64,000 nt of DNA, from positions 186,001 to 250,000 of the forward strand of contig OZ025683.1 in NCBI GenBank assembly GCA_964019335.1, given 5' to 3'. The stretch is from Diplonema japonicum. Lineage: Eukaryota > Protista > Euglenozoa: Diplonemea. The position numbers and the translations under genes are program-made. Below the pieces are notes generated by a model. It was not told where the DNA came from and did not search any database. It was given only the letters and a program-made list of their open reading frames with translations. Of this stretch, positions 21,040 to 33,704 are shown piece after piece (within the stretch, counting starts at the first letter, position 1; each line of letters begins with the position of its first letter).

Positions 21040-24000
21040 ATGTCCAAGAAGCCTGAAAAGGAGAAAGTATCCAGCCAGACCTCGGAAAGCACTTGTGCGG
21101 AAAGAGAGCTTGAAGAGGAAGAAGAAGAAGAAGACGAGGAAATAGAGGAGGAAGAGGAAGACACATTTGAGAGCGTCCCCAAAAGAAGGAAGAAAATGTC
21201 AGGTGGTGACCAAGCTGAGCTGCAAGGCCATCTGCAGCTAATGAAACAGGTAGGAGAACTCGGGTTTCTGCTCCCCGGCATGGGGATGGGAGGCAGCCAA
21301 CGAGTAACGGCAATCGTGAATAATCTCGTATCCGGATCAGAAGAAGAAAAAATGATGGCATTGACTGACCTATGCGAAATGCTCTCAATTTCAACAGAGG
21401 AGACCTTACTGGGCTTTCGAACTGACCAAGTCATACCCTCGTTAGTAAAATGCATGCAAATGGAGGAAAACCAGGAAATAATGCTTCTTTCATGCCGGGC
21501 TCTGTACCACCTCATGGAGGCTCTCCCCGGATCCATTCCTTCTATCGTGGCAGCAGGGAGCGTGGCCGTATTTGTAGAAAAACTACTGTCTATTCAAATC
21601 ATCGATTTGGCAGAACAGGCTTTACTATGCCTTGAAAAAGTATCTGTCGAAGCCCCTGTAGCCGTGTTGAAAGAAGGCGGCATGGGTGCCATGTTGATGT
21701 TCATCGACTTCTTCAGCATCTCACTGCAGCGGAAGATCATCCTGTCCATTAGTAACATGGCAAAGCGTGTTTCTCAAACACACTTCACATTCGTAGAGGA
21801 CTGTCTCCCGCAGCTTTCACAACTACTGGTGTACGAGGACCCACAGCTTGTAGAGGGTACAGCTTCGATATTTTACAAGCTGCTGCTCAACTTCCAAGGT
21901 GACGAGGCTCGTATCGTGAAGATCTGCTCCGAGACCACTGTTCAAAACCTTCTTACCATCCTCAAGCGGGACCGTGAATGGGTCACCACGTCTACATGGC
22001 CCACCGTCATCAAAAGCTTGATCATCCTTGTGAGGTGGTCCATTCCCATGTCCTTCATGGTCATGCGTCATGGTGTCATCAGCTGTCTCTTAATGCTTCT
22101 CAAGATGCAGTCTGAATGCAGCGGGCTTGGTGTCGAGGCCACACCCGCCACATCGTCAAACAGCCCAGGCATCATGTCCCCCGCAACCAAATCCGGAAAG
22201 GGTATGTCGGCTGAGACCGTTGGTGAAGCTGTCGAGCTTCTTGAAACGCTTCTCCCTACCATCAACGACGGTCTCCTTTCGGAGATGAAATGGCCGTCGA
22301 AGACAGGAATCGGAAGAGAAGAAAGCGGCGTCAGCAATGTAAGCCTCGGTACAAGGGGACCTTCTGGTTTGATGATCGAGAAAGAAGATGCGGAGGAAGA
22401 AGAAGAAGAGGAAGAAGAAGAAGACAGCATGCAACCGTCGCTACCAAGACCGGACACCAACGCCGACGAGGCGTCGAACCAAGGACGCATCACACTGTTC
22501 ACGTCGAACTCGGAGTTCATGAGGGACATGGCCAACGGGCTGCCCGACCTCATCGATGTCTACTCGAACACGGTGCACAGGTACTCGAAGCACCGTAGTA
22601 TTTCTGTAATCGCCGCTGTGCTGCATTATGCACCCGCGGATCTTCTGAAGGACTCGCTCAGCTCGCTTCCCATTAGTTCGTTCATCGCGCACATCATCCA
22701 CTCCGGGGAGCTTGTCGCGGTCACCACAGGCGTCCACGTTGCCCAAGTTCTCATCGACAAGCTGCCTGACATCTTCTCCGTTTACTTCGTCAGAGAGGGT
22801 GTCGTAATGGAGGTCGGCGCCCTCGCTCAGACCGATGGTGTCAGCGACAGACTCCCTCCTCCTGTCATGGACCCTAAGGACGGTGCTCCCCCGAACCACA
22901 TGCAGCGTGTGCGGGACGCCGCGGCTACCCTTCTCAAAAAACATTTCTCCAGCGACAGGGGCGTCTTGAAAAGCCTCGAAGAGCTGCAGAAGATCGCCGC
23001 CAAACTCGAAACATGGACAAAATGTTCCTCATCCGACCACATGCTCATCTTGCAGGAACTCGCTGCGCTGCTGGTATCCTCTGAGGGTGTCAGCACGTAT
23101 GAATTCGTGAAGTCTGGTGTTGTCCCCGCCCTCAGGTCATACCTAACCCAGAATGACGCCGAGCAGGACACGCGGCTAAGGCGTGCGCATACCTTCCTGA
23201 GGGCTTTCGCTGTGCAGGAAGGTGAGCACCCCTCGTACTTGTCCATCTTAATGAAGAAGCTTGTAGCGTCGCTGCACCAAACGGAGAGGCTTCCTATTTA
23301 CGTGACGGAGCACGGTGGAGGGCCAAGCGCAGGGTGGAGCAGCAGCTTGAAATTATTGGCGCATCCGTTTAGATTAATGCTTGTGCCGGATAACCCGAAA
23401 AACGAGAAGAGCAACACGACTGTGATGATCGAGCCGTTGGCAACAGTGGGTGCAGTCGAGGACTTCATTCAGTGCAAGCTTGGGGTCCGAGAGGAGAGCG
23501 ACGAAGAGGGACGGTTGTTCTCCCTGCACCCTCATCCCTTGATGTCGGCTTCGCACCGCCCTGCTGGGTGGAGGTGCAACCAATGCAGCGCATCATTTAG
23601 GGGCCCAGGGCAACCCAGGTGGCGTTGCTTCCCATGTGACTATGATCTGTGTGAAAACTGCGCGACGGAGCACCAGGTCGACAGTGAGTCGAAAAAGAAG
23701 GAAAAGGAAAAAGAGAAGGAAAAGGAAAAGAAGAGAAAATCGGGGCTGTTGTGGCCCTTACGCAGGGACAAGAAGAAGGAAGCGAAGAAGGAAGAAACCG
23801 CGTCCGCATCACCGTCGACAGGTGAGGAAGAAAGCGAGCAGGCGGAAGAGAAAGCCGAAGTGTCCATCTCGCTAAACGGTGTACAGCTAGCACCGTCGCT
23901 GTCAATCTTCAAAGCCATCCACATGCACAGCGACTGGCGTGAGAAGGTTGACACAGCAAACTCCTCCGAAATGATCCACACAACACGGGCAATGTGGGGG

Positions 24001-25905
24001 AAGGTCTACACGTTGAAGTACAAGTTTTCAAAGCCAGGGAACAGCCAGGTGGAAACATCAGAATCGCCCACATCGAAGAATGAGGTCATCAACTTGAACA
24101 AATCTCTGGACAGGGTGTGCGAGGGGTGCAGCACATACCTGCAAGCCTGCGACTACACCTTGTCAGTGGCCTCTGAGTACAAAACCGTTCTCGACGACAG
24201 CACGACTGATGTGTTGTACACAATGAATGCGCTATGCGCGTTGAACCAAAGCGCCTACAACATCATGCGTGTCATGAACGACAAGGCAGCCCTCTCCCTT
24301 GCTGCCGACACAGACCTCCGTTCCAACAAGCTCACCAACAAAGTCCTTCGCCAGGTCCTAGACGGGCTGCTCCTCTGCACCGGACACCCTAACAATTCAT
24401 GGTGCCGACCTCTTTTGGTGGACTGCCGCTTCCTCTTCTCCTTCAACACAAGAATGACGTTCTTCGAGCTGGCATCGTTTGGGCCATCGAGGTCCATGCT
24501 TAGGCTGCAGGAGATACTTGAGAAACAGGGCGAAGAGTGCAAATATAAACTAGGAAGAGTCCACAAACAGAAGATTAAACTAGCGAGGGATACTGTGATG
24601 GAGTCGGCGGTGAAGGTGATGGACATGTACGGGTCGCAGAAGGCGTTCTTGGAGTTTGAGTACTTTGACGAAGTAGGGACAGGATTGGGCCCGACAATGG
24701 AGTTCTACACATTGGTGTCGAGGGCTTTGCAGAAGGACACTGCAGGGATGTGGTTGAAACAGGAGGAAGGGACCACAGGGTTTGGATTGTTCCCTCGTCC
24801 CATGGCACAGGATGATCCTGCAAGGGATGAGATCTTGAAAATGTCGAAGTTTGTGGGTCAGTTCCTAGCACGTGCTCTGTATGATACACGAGTAGTGGAC
24901 CTCCCGTTGGCCAGCCCACTCTTGAAGATCCTCCGAGGCGACCCCCTCTGCTACGGCGACCTCCATGCACTGTCCCCTACACTGGGCGACACCGTCTCTG
25001 CCTTCCTCACCCTCGCCGCCGAGCGGGACGCCATCATCACACGCCACTCCGGGAAAACCCCCGAAGCTGTCAAGGAAATCGAGACCACCGTTCTGTTCAA
25101 CAAAGTACCCATAGCAGACCTGGCACTGGACTTCACGCTGTCAGGGTACCCCGCTGTTGAAATGGTCCCAGGAGGCGCCAAGAGGGAAGTCACTGTGTGG
25201 AACATGGACGAGTATGCAGGATTGACATGTGAGTGGTTTTTAAAGAAGGGAATCCAGGATCAGGTGTGTAGTTACTTTTCCCCCCTCCAACATAAATCTT
25301 AAGGTGATGGCTATGGGCAACGGTGCGAATCAAGTTTTCCCATTCACTCAGCTGAGGTATTTCTCTGTCAGCGAACTGGATTTGATGCTTTGTGGTATGT
25401 GGACAGGGGGGGGAAAAAAAGGGGGGAGAAAGAAAAAAATACAGGAAGCGGCGAGCCCCTTACTGTTCAAACCCTAGAGGCCGCCACAGTTTGCGACCAT
25501 GGGTATACTGCGAACAGCAGGGCCGTGCAAATGTTGTTCGCCGTTCTTGAGGGGTTTAATGCCGTTGAGTGCAGGCAGTTCATCTCGTTCGTTACGGGAG
25601 CGCCCAGGCTGCCAGTTGGAGGGTTGAAGGTGTGAACTTATAAAATAAAAAAAAAAAAAATCTTAAATATTTATAGGCATTGAAACCAAATCTCACCATT
25701 GTACGAAAAACCGGTGAAGACACCGACAAGGTGTTGCCAAGCGTGATGACGTGCCAAAATTATCTGAAGCTGCCGGTATGGGAAAGGAGGGACGGAAACA
25801 AAAACAAAAAAAAAACAAAATCAGGATTACTCCACACCTGCCATCATGGAGGCAAAACTGCGACAAGCGATGACGGAGGGTGCCGATGCGTTCCACCTAT
25901 CGTAA
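21040..25905 (+). CDS. TRIP12/UPL3/Ufd4-like HECT E3 ubiquitin ligase; introns 25264..25303, 25395..25444, 25630..25676, 25776..25824
   Basis: ARM region (LLSIQIIDLAEQAL, FVREGV); HECT motifs EVGTGLGPTMEFY, FVTGAPRLPVGG, LPSVMTCQNYLKLPDYS and AFHLS* recovered after splicing. Confidence 0.95.
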
Positions 25906-26669
25906 GCGAAAGAAAAGAATGTTTTTTTTTTTTTTTTTTTATGGGGGAATGCTGCATGCCCTTTAATGAGCTCCCCCCCCCCCCCCCCCCCTCCTTTCTT
26001 GCCCGTTTGTTAGTTTCCTAGGGTGGGGGGGGGGGGGGGCTGTGATAGATCGGTTAATTTTTTTATTATAATAAGGTAGAGGGGGGGGAAGGACCGATTT
26101 CTAAGTGGTGGGGGGGGTCTACCCCATTTTTCTGTGCAAACTTTTAAAAAAAAAGAAGATTTCCCGTATTTTTTATTATTATTTGTGTGAGTTCTCATAT
26201 GGCTCTTCTTAGATGTCTTCATATTTTTAGTCTTGGAATGCAGCATTAAATAAAGATTGGGTACCAAAAGAAAAAGAAGAAAGATAATTTTGGGGAAGAG
26301 GGGGGGGGGGGGAACTCTTTTTTTGGGTGGTTGCTAAAAACCTCTCTTTTGTTTCACCGTACCCCCCCCCCTTCCCCTAAGCTTTTGCGAACAAACAAAT
26401 TGAAGGGGGAAAAGGGAAAATTAGCCGAGGGGGGGAGGGGGGGGAAGCGTTCTCTTACCCCCCCCCCCCCCCCCCTGTCCCCATTCCCTCCACACACGCT
26501 GTTCTATTTTTTATACTTATTTACCCTTCCCTCGCCTCGCCCTCTTCTTCCCCCCCCCCTTTTTTTCTCCGCTCATTTCGCAAAATATAAAATTGTAGTA
26601 AAAAAAAGAGGAAAAATTAAAGGATAACACCGGGAAATAAAAAACCCCCAAAAAGAAAAAAAAGAAAAA

Positions 26670-29399
26670 ATGGAAGCTTCAAAACCAATTACGGTAATCG
26701 AAGGGAATGTGAACTGTGCTTGGGAACCGAAGAACACAAAGGAAAGGATGACACGAGACAGGGATGAGGAAGGAGAGAAGGTGGCGCAGGCCGAGCTGCG
26801 TCGTGATGTACTGAGGCAGGAGCTTATGGAGCGAGTGGGCGCACACCACGACAAGGTCAGAAAAATCGCAAGAAAGAAGAGAGGCGTGCGAACACCAGAC
26901 GGTGTCACGAAAAAACAAGAGAACGCAAAGGCAAGACGCGAACTTATGCAGCTTGAGAAACGCCAACGAGTCGCAGAACACCACAAGAAAATCGACACTG
27001 CACTGGAGAAGACCAAAATGTCGCCCAAAAGAATGTCTGAAAAGCATTCTCTTGCAGAACAGCGCCGCAACGAGCGCTTGAAGGAGCAGCTCAGCACTCT
27101 TCAAGAGAAATCCCAGCGGATCTCTACTGTTCGACTGACCAAGAAGATGAAAGAGGAAAGCCTTGCCAAATCGGCACAGAGCGTCATCACATGCTACAAG
27201 CTCGATTCCACAATCATTGAAGAATCCTCATTCGATCAAGTTCAACGTGTGCTCACTTCAAGGCAGACTGTGCAACGTGCCACTGACCTCATCCAGCTCC
27301 TCTCCACAAACTTCGAACGTCTCATTGCCGAAGAGCGTCCTGTCATCACTGACGACACACCTGTTGGTTCTTCGCCTTCCAAGTCCACCGGCAAAATTCC
27401 ACTCAACCCCCGTGCGTTTCTTTCCGCTTACATCTGCATGGGCGGTTTATCCGAGGGAACCGATAAAGGTCCTCTTGAAACCGCTGTTCAAGAGCATGCT
27501 GTGCAGCTTATCAATACGCTGCGTGCGTTGCTCGCTGCGCTTGAAGACGATGCCTCGCTCGACACGAAGGAAACGCGTGAGAGGATGAAGGAGTTCGCCA
27601 AGGAATGGGCGGCCTATGAGACGTCTTTCGAGGCGTGGAAGAAGAAGGACCACAAGGAGCTCCTCGAGCACTACATCACGACCTACTCCGAGATGGAACG
27701 CGGCAGAGTCGACATCATCGCACAGACAGCAGCCACTGGGTCGCGTCGCCCGCAGGAGCACGCCGAGCTCATGACAGCGATCGAAGAGTCGCTTATGAAA
27801 CTTCGCACGCAAATTGAGAGGCTTGGTGGGTCGAAGGGAACCGACGAGCTTGGGAGCAGATTGCAGCAGCTGTACGACACACACCAATTGACGCCCCCCT
27901 TGCTGCCCACCGCGACTCCCGTCACATCTGACATCGAGATGGAGAACACACCCAAGACCTCTGCTGTCCCACCCCCACCTCTGTCTCCCTACAGTGGGTG
28001 CACTTCGTCTCCTTCGTCGGCTGGCGAGGAACGCGAGAAGTTGCAGACCCTCCTCCTGAAGGCAAAGATGGCTCACGACGTTGTTTTCAACACAAAGAAG
28101 CCCGCAGATGAAGAGGAAGAAGACAGCAGCACTCTCACCGTCAAGAAAATCAAGAAGGCAGCCGAGAAGGCTTTCTGGGACATCCTTGCGGAAGAGCTCT
28201 CCGCGACACCGCCTATGACCGAGAGGCTAGGCGGCGCGCTGCAGGGGCTGAAGGACCTGCTCTTCGAAGTAACACCCAGGAAGATGAAGGAGGCTCTGGA
28301 GCTGGAACTGAAAGACTGCGTTGACTGGGAGTTGTTGAAACACTCGCTGAACTACGACACTCTACAGGGGCTTGTGAGGTACTTCATGGACAAGGTGTTG
28401 GAACTGGAAGCACCTGCTGAGAACGAGGCAACCAAGGCAGCGACAGACGAGATGCTCGCGAAAATTGATGCAGGCGGGCCTGCAACGGTGGTGGTTGTGG
28501 AGGCCCTGAGGTTCTTACACGAGAAGTTGGACACGCTTGTGAAGGCAATCCACGAGGCGAAGAAAACGCTGATCGGGCCGCTTCTGGCGAAGGACGCAGA
28601 GAACCTTGTGAAGGAGTTGTACAAGGAAGAAGTCCAGCAAGGGATTCACACCTTCGGGGCCACGAAGAAATGGCTGGAACAGACGATCAAGGCTGCAGTG
28701 CCCGTGAGTGGGGACAGCAAGCCGGAGGAGTACGGGTTCCCTCTCCCCCTCACGACACAAGACATCTTCGAGAAGACCAACAAGCTGTACACCATGGTCC
28801 CTAAGCTGGCATTGCTGAAGGCCGTCTTGAAACCAAAATCCGTGGGAACTCAGGCTCAGTTCCCGGAGGTGCTCAGACTTCACAGGGATCTGGTGAGGAT
28901 CTATGCTGACCAGGCTCAGATCGTGACTCTAACGGCAGCGATCTCAGGTCTTGCTGGGCAGTTGAGCGGGTGCTCGAAGGTGATGAAGCCAGTTGCCGAT
29001 GAGGTGTCGGAGATGCTAAAAACACCTGGGCTAAGACTCCCTGCCATCATTGACCAGGTGGTTCACATCATTGATAGAGAAAAGGGTGAGCCCATGACGG
29101 AACAGAGCCGCATGCTCCTCGTCGGTGTGCTTGAGAAGGTAGCCAACGTGGAAGATAAGGTGTACGCAACTTACCACAACCGACTTTTCGCCATCATCGG
29201 CCAGCTTGTTCTCTGTGGTCCTCAGGATATGCCTTCCATCGCCTCGACACCTTTTGCTCACCTCGCCGCACCTCTACAAGAACTCACCTTCTCTGTTTCC
29301 AAACTCTGTGCTTTGAACCTTAATTGGACAAGGGCCTTCTACGACCCCATCCTCTCTGCCATCTCTCAGGAAATGAGTATTGAGAAGGAAAAGGTATGA
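26670..29399 (+). CDS. T-complex protein 11 (TCP11/SOK1) family protein
   Basis: PRAFLSAY, FEAWKKKD, KAFWDIL and FPEVLRL segments; basic coiled-coil N-terminus. Confidence 0.85.
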   Translation: MEASKPITVIEGNVNCAWEPKNTKERMTRDRDEEGEKVAQAELRRDVLRQELMERVGAHHDKVRKIARKKRGVRTPDGVTKKQENAKARRELMQLEKRQRVAEHHKKIDTALEKTKMSPKRMSEKHSLAEQRRNERLKEQLSTLQEKSQRISTVRLTKKMKEESLAKSAQSVITCYKLDSTIIEESSFDQVQRVLTSRQTVQRATDLIQLLSTNFERLIAEERPVITDDTPVGSSPSKSTGKIPLNPRAFLSAYICMGGLSEGTDKGPLETAVQEHAVQLINTLRALLAALEDDASLDTKETRERMKEFAKEWAAYETSFEAWKKKDHKELLEHYITTYSEMERGRVDIIAQTAATGSRRPQEHAELMTAIEESLMKLRTQIERLGGSKGTDELGSRLQQLYDTHQLTPPLLPTATPVTSDIEMENTPKTSAVPPPPLSPYSGCTSSPSSAGEEREKLQTLLLKAKMAHDVVFNTKKPADEEEEDSSTLTVKKIKKAAEKAFWDILAEELSATPPMTERLGGALQGLKDLLFEVTPRKMKEALELELKDCVDWELLKHSLNYDTLQGLVRYFMDKVLELEAPAENEATKAATDEMLAKIDAGGPATVVVVEALRFLHEKLDTLVKAIHEAKKTLIGPLLAKDAENLVKELYKEEVQQGIHTFGATKKWLEQTIKAAVPVSGDSKPEEYGFPLPLTTQDIFEKTNKLYTMVPKLALLKAVLKPKSVGTQAQFPEVLRLHRDLVRIYADQAQIVTLTAAISGLAGQLSGCSKVMKPVADEVSEMLKTPGLRLPAIIDQVVHIIDREKGEPMTEQSRMLLVGVLEKVANVEDKVYATYHNRLFAIIGQLVLCGPQDMPSIASTPFAHLAAPLQELTFSVSKLCALNLNWTRAFYDPILSAISQEMSIEKEKV

Positions 29400-30582
29400 A
29401 GAGAAGAACGCGTTTTTTTTTTTTAATCTTTTTCTCAACAGGCATTGGAAAGCGGTGAATTATAGGTTTTTCATTCTTTCTTTCTTTTTTTTTTTTTTTT
29501 TTTCCTCTTTTCTTTTTCTTTTTTCCTTCGTGGGTTTTCGGTTTTGAGTTTTTTTTTTCTTTTTTTTTTTTACCAAATTTTTAAACAAAAAAATTAACAA
29601 TTTTATAAAAAAAAAAAAAAAAAAAGCAAGATGAAAAAAAGATGTTTTTGTTAAAACGATCTCTCCCACCCCCTGCTGGTTTCCTTTTTTTTCTCTTTTT
29701 TTTCTTTTTGTGTCTTCATGTTTCTCTTTTTTTTTTCTTCTTCTTCTTTTTTTTCTCTTTTTTACTTTTTTTTTTCCCCTGGTCTCCTCTAGCCCCCCTC
29801 CACATTTGTTTTTTTGGTGGGTTGTTCTTACGTCCCCAATTGTGTCATAGATAGTTTTTTATAGGAGGGATGAGATTGGTTAGTTACTGCTGAAGCCGAG
29901 TATTTTTCTTGGTTGGTACCAGAAAAAGAAAAAAGAGAACGGACAAGAAGGAGAAAACAAAAAAATATAAATCGAGAAGAGGAAAGGAAGAAAAAAAAAG
30001 CGAAAGAAAAATTTAAGAAAAAATAAGGAAGGGGGATGGGGAGAGAGAGACCTTTCCCATTTTTTTTTCTTGCCGGAGGAGCACAGTGTGCCCTTGCTGC
30101 CTGTGTACGTAAAGAAATAATGTGGGGTGCAAAAGAAAAAAAAATAAAAAATAAAAATACAAAATAAATTGTTCTATTCAAATGTTTTACCTTTTTGACA
30201 TGTAATACCTACTTTTTTACTCCCTCCTGATGCTCCGTTCTCTCTCTCATTTTTTTTTTCCATTTTTTTGCTTCCCCTATAGTTTCTTTTTTTTTTATTC
30301 ACTTTCACAGCTGAGTGACCATTTCCCCTTGCCCGCTTCCACTTTATCTAAAATCCCTCCCTTTTTGATTTTTTTTTTCTTTTTTGGTTTCTTGCATAGT
30401 TTTTCGAGCTAAGTTGCAGTCGTTTCGTGCAGATGTTTTAAGCAGGGAGAACTGTGTCAAGCGTGGTGATGGAGCTCGCATGAGGCTTCGGGTTCAATTC
30501 CGACCGATCTCACTTTCTTATTTAAACAATCCTATCTTACAGGCAGCTGTTCCAGCTGAGTTATTGACAATACCAAAAAAAA

Positions 30583-32539
30583 ATGACAGAAAAAGAAAGC
30601 TGGGAGGTTCCTTGCATGCTGGTCATCCCAAGGAAGGACGAATGCGAGGTGTTCGGGTTAGCTTTCCAAGGGAGGACGAAGATGGTGTTGAAGAGGTTGG
30701 TGGCAGATTCGGCCAGTGTGGCAGCGGGTGGGGAAGCGTTCATCGGGAGGAGGCTGACCCATGCAAATGGCAAGGTCAACGCAAAGTGCGACGATATTAG
30801 TAGATACGACGGGAAGAGATTGGAGCTCAGGTTCGCATACCCCGTGGGGTACCCTTTGAAGGTCCAGCGAAGGAATGGTGCGTGGATGACGTGTGCTGTG
30901 AGAGCGTTAGATGACAGGCGGTACGTGGTGACAGGAAGGGACAAAGATGGCGTGTTCGACAAGATAGTTCCATTTGATGCGGCAGACAGCATGCTCGCCG
31001 TAGGCTCGCCTTCCACAATGTACACTGTTGACCAACGAGTCCAGGTAAAAACAACCGTAGGTTTCTCCTACGGCCTTGTAAATAAAGTTGAAGTGGATCA
31101 CTATCAAGTTATTGGGGAGACAGAAAATTGGGAGAAAGACGTAAAACACGAAGATGCCGTGAGCATAATGAGGCCATCGGCACCAAAACCACATGTTGAG
31201 TTCACCGATGCACTCAACGGAAAGACTATAAGATTCACAGCTGGTACAAAGAACAGCCTTGTCTGCTTCATCAACGGCGTGCAACAAAGGAAACCCGTTG
31301 AAAGGGTCAAGTACCAACCCAGGCTTGAGGGCGATCAAATTCTCATTGCAGGGTACTCATCAGCCCCCATCACTCTCCCTCTAGGCGACCACTTGGTGGT
31401 GTCTGACCTCCGGATACTCTGCAATGAAAACAAGATAAAACACAACATCGTGGAGGAAGACCTTCTCATGAAGACGCTGTATCCTTACGATGAAACACCC
31501 GACCTCATCGAGGAGTTCGAGGTCCTGGAGCTGACTGACAGGGCCCGTTTGGAAGACCTTGAAAAGAAAGCCACGAAATACCTGGAAACGATCGCCAGGC
31601 GACTTCGAAGGAACTACCACGGCAGCGCAGCCTCCACAGGTCTTCGTATCAAGAAACTGTTCCCGCTGATTGTCGCCGGAGTACCCGAGAACACTCCCGC
31701 TCACCGTGCAGGGTTCAAAAAGGGCGATCTCATCACAAAGGTCATCACTGGGAACGGGTCTTGGACTGTCTTTGGCAGGGATCAGCTCATGACCGCTCTT
31801 GGCCCGAGGGGTGCTGTGTATGGTGGGAGCGAAGTGTTGATCGAAGTCTCTCGCAGCGAAGAAACAGCATCGGATTGGGGCGCTGCGCTGTCTGGGGTGG
31901 ACATGATGCCGACAGTCATTTCGGCCAACGACCCCTCGCAACCCGAAGTTAACCTCCCAGAGCCAAAGGACACAACGTTGCTTAAGTTGACTTGCGAAAC
32001 TTCTCTCAGCGTATGGTCAAGAATCACAATGGGTTTTTACCAGAGAAAAAAAAAAAAACACACAGTTCCGCAACAAGCTCCTTACGCAGTTGCTTCCTCT
32101 GACCGTCTATGCTGAAGAGATGGAACCGGAGCAGATTGCAGACTTGGTGGTATGCTTGTCTTGAAGAAATTAAAAAAAAAAACAAAAAAAAAAACCTCAG
32201 TCAAGCGTCAAAACCTGCAATGGCTTCACCAGCGATTGCATCAAGGCAGCTCACCCTGGCTACTCTAAGGGCATCGACAGAGACGACCTTGAGTCTATTC
32301 ACTATGACATGATGGAGAAGCTCGGGATCGACCCTGTGCCTTCTGCAAAGATCGAAGCACAGTTCTCCTATGTCACTGCATTCCTGAACGTCTACAGGAT
32401 TGACATGCCGACAGCACAGGCTTTGCTGAGAGACTTGCTTATAGAGGTTTGTTTCTAGTTAGAAAACAAGAAGCGCAAAAAAAAAACACAGAATGTGCTT
32501 GCTATGGAGGAAGCGTTCCAAAGACCTCCCGCAGAATAG
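30583..32539 (+). CDS. PDZ-domain protein; introns 32011..32065, 32150..32200, 32447..32491
   Basis: PDZ signature VAGVPENTPAHRAGFKKGDLITKV; three GT-AG introns restore an open frame to EEAFQRPPAE*. Confidence 0.8.
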
Positions 32540-32828
32540 AACCAGGGAAACGGATGATGGCTGATTAAAGAAACCTGCATCAGCATTTTGGGGAGAAAAG
32601 AAAGAATTTTATAGAATGTTGTGAGCCGCCACTCCCTTTTACCCTGCCCCTCCCCAAGAAGTTCAGAACCCTTGCCCTCCCATTGTACCCCTCTCCCCTA
32701 GTAGGTCGGTAGAAGGCAAGGTGTCTTCCTATCCGTAACCCCCAAAGCAAAGAGTGAAAGGAAGAGAAAAGTTTGAGGTTCAGTCAGGCTTCATAGTAGA
32801 AGAAATGCGAAAAAAAACAAAAAAATAT

Positions 32829-32910
32829 CGCGGACGGCAGGATTTGAACCTGCGCGGGCAGAGCCCAATGCATTTCGAGTGCACCTCCGTAACCACTTGG
32901 ATACGTCCGC
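32829..32910 (-). tRNA. tRNA-Ser (anticodon CGA)
   Basis: Acceptor stem GCGGACG/CGTCCGC plus discriminator G, D-loop AAGTGGTTA, anticodon arm GTGCA-CT-CGA-AA-TGCAT, long variable arm, GGTTCAAATCC; T-run terminator downstream. Confidence 0.96.
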
Positions 32911-33704
32911 TACGCCAGAATTTGGCGGTTTTCTTCAAGTAAACAATTCATGCATATCTGTTATCGGTGTTACTTAACCGATGATGGTTCAAAGAAGCAA
33001 AAAAGAAATCTCCCTTTTCAAAAAGAAAGGTAAGCTGGCTGTTGAGGCAAGATCTCATATCTCTCGCCAGGGCTTCCTGTTTTTTTCCCCAGCATCACCC
33101 CAATTCTTTCCCGTTTTAAAAACGTCACAGTCGGGCCAAGTTTATTCTTGTTTGCAGTTGAAAGAAAAAGAAGAACCCTGTCTTTGTTTCCCCCCTTCAT
33201 AACCCCAGTCCGCAATTCTTCATTTTCCCCTTCTTCTTCTTCTTTGTTCATACGCTTGCAACTGGGATACGACCTTTCTTTTTCCCGCCCCTTTGCATGA
33301 AAGAAAGTGGGAAGTCCCTTCTCATTATCTCACTCCAAAAAGGAAACAGAGAAAGAACGCCCTTCCCCTTTTCCACCCAGTCCCTGTTTGCCCACCCACG
33401 CCCTCGTAGTTCCCCCCCCCCGTACCCACTCCCCCGTCCACCCGCTTCATTTGTAATTGTTTGATTGGCTTCTTTTTTATTTTTATCTTTTTCTTCGGCA
33501 TCTCTTTATGTTGGAACTTGTATAAACTATCAGAGCTCCATCCTAGCACCCTAGGAGTCTATCCAAGCCTTTCCCGAATGTGGCATGCTATCAGCACACA
33601 TATCGCGTTGAATACCTATGCCTGGGAAAAGAACAACACAGGGGGGGCTCCCATTTACACACAAAACTCCCTGGGAGGAAAAAGAAAAGAAGGAGAAAGA
33701 AAAG

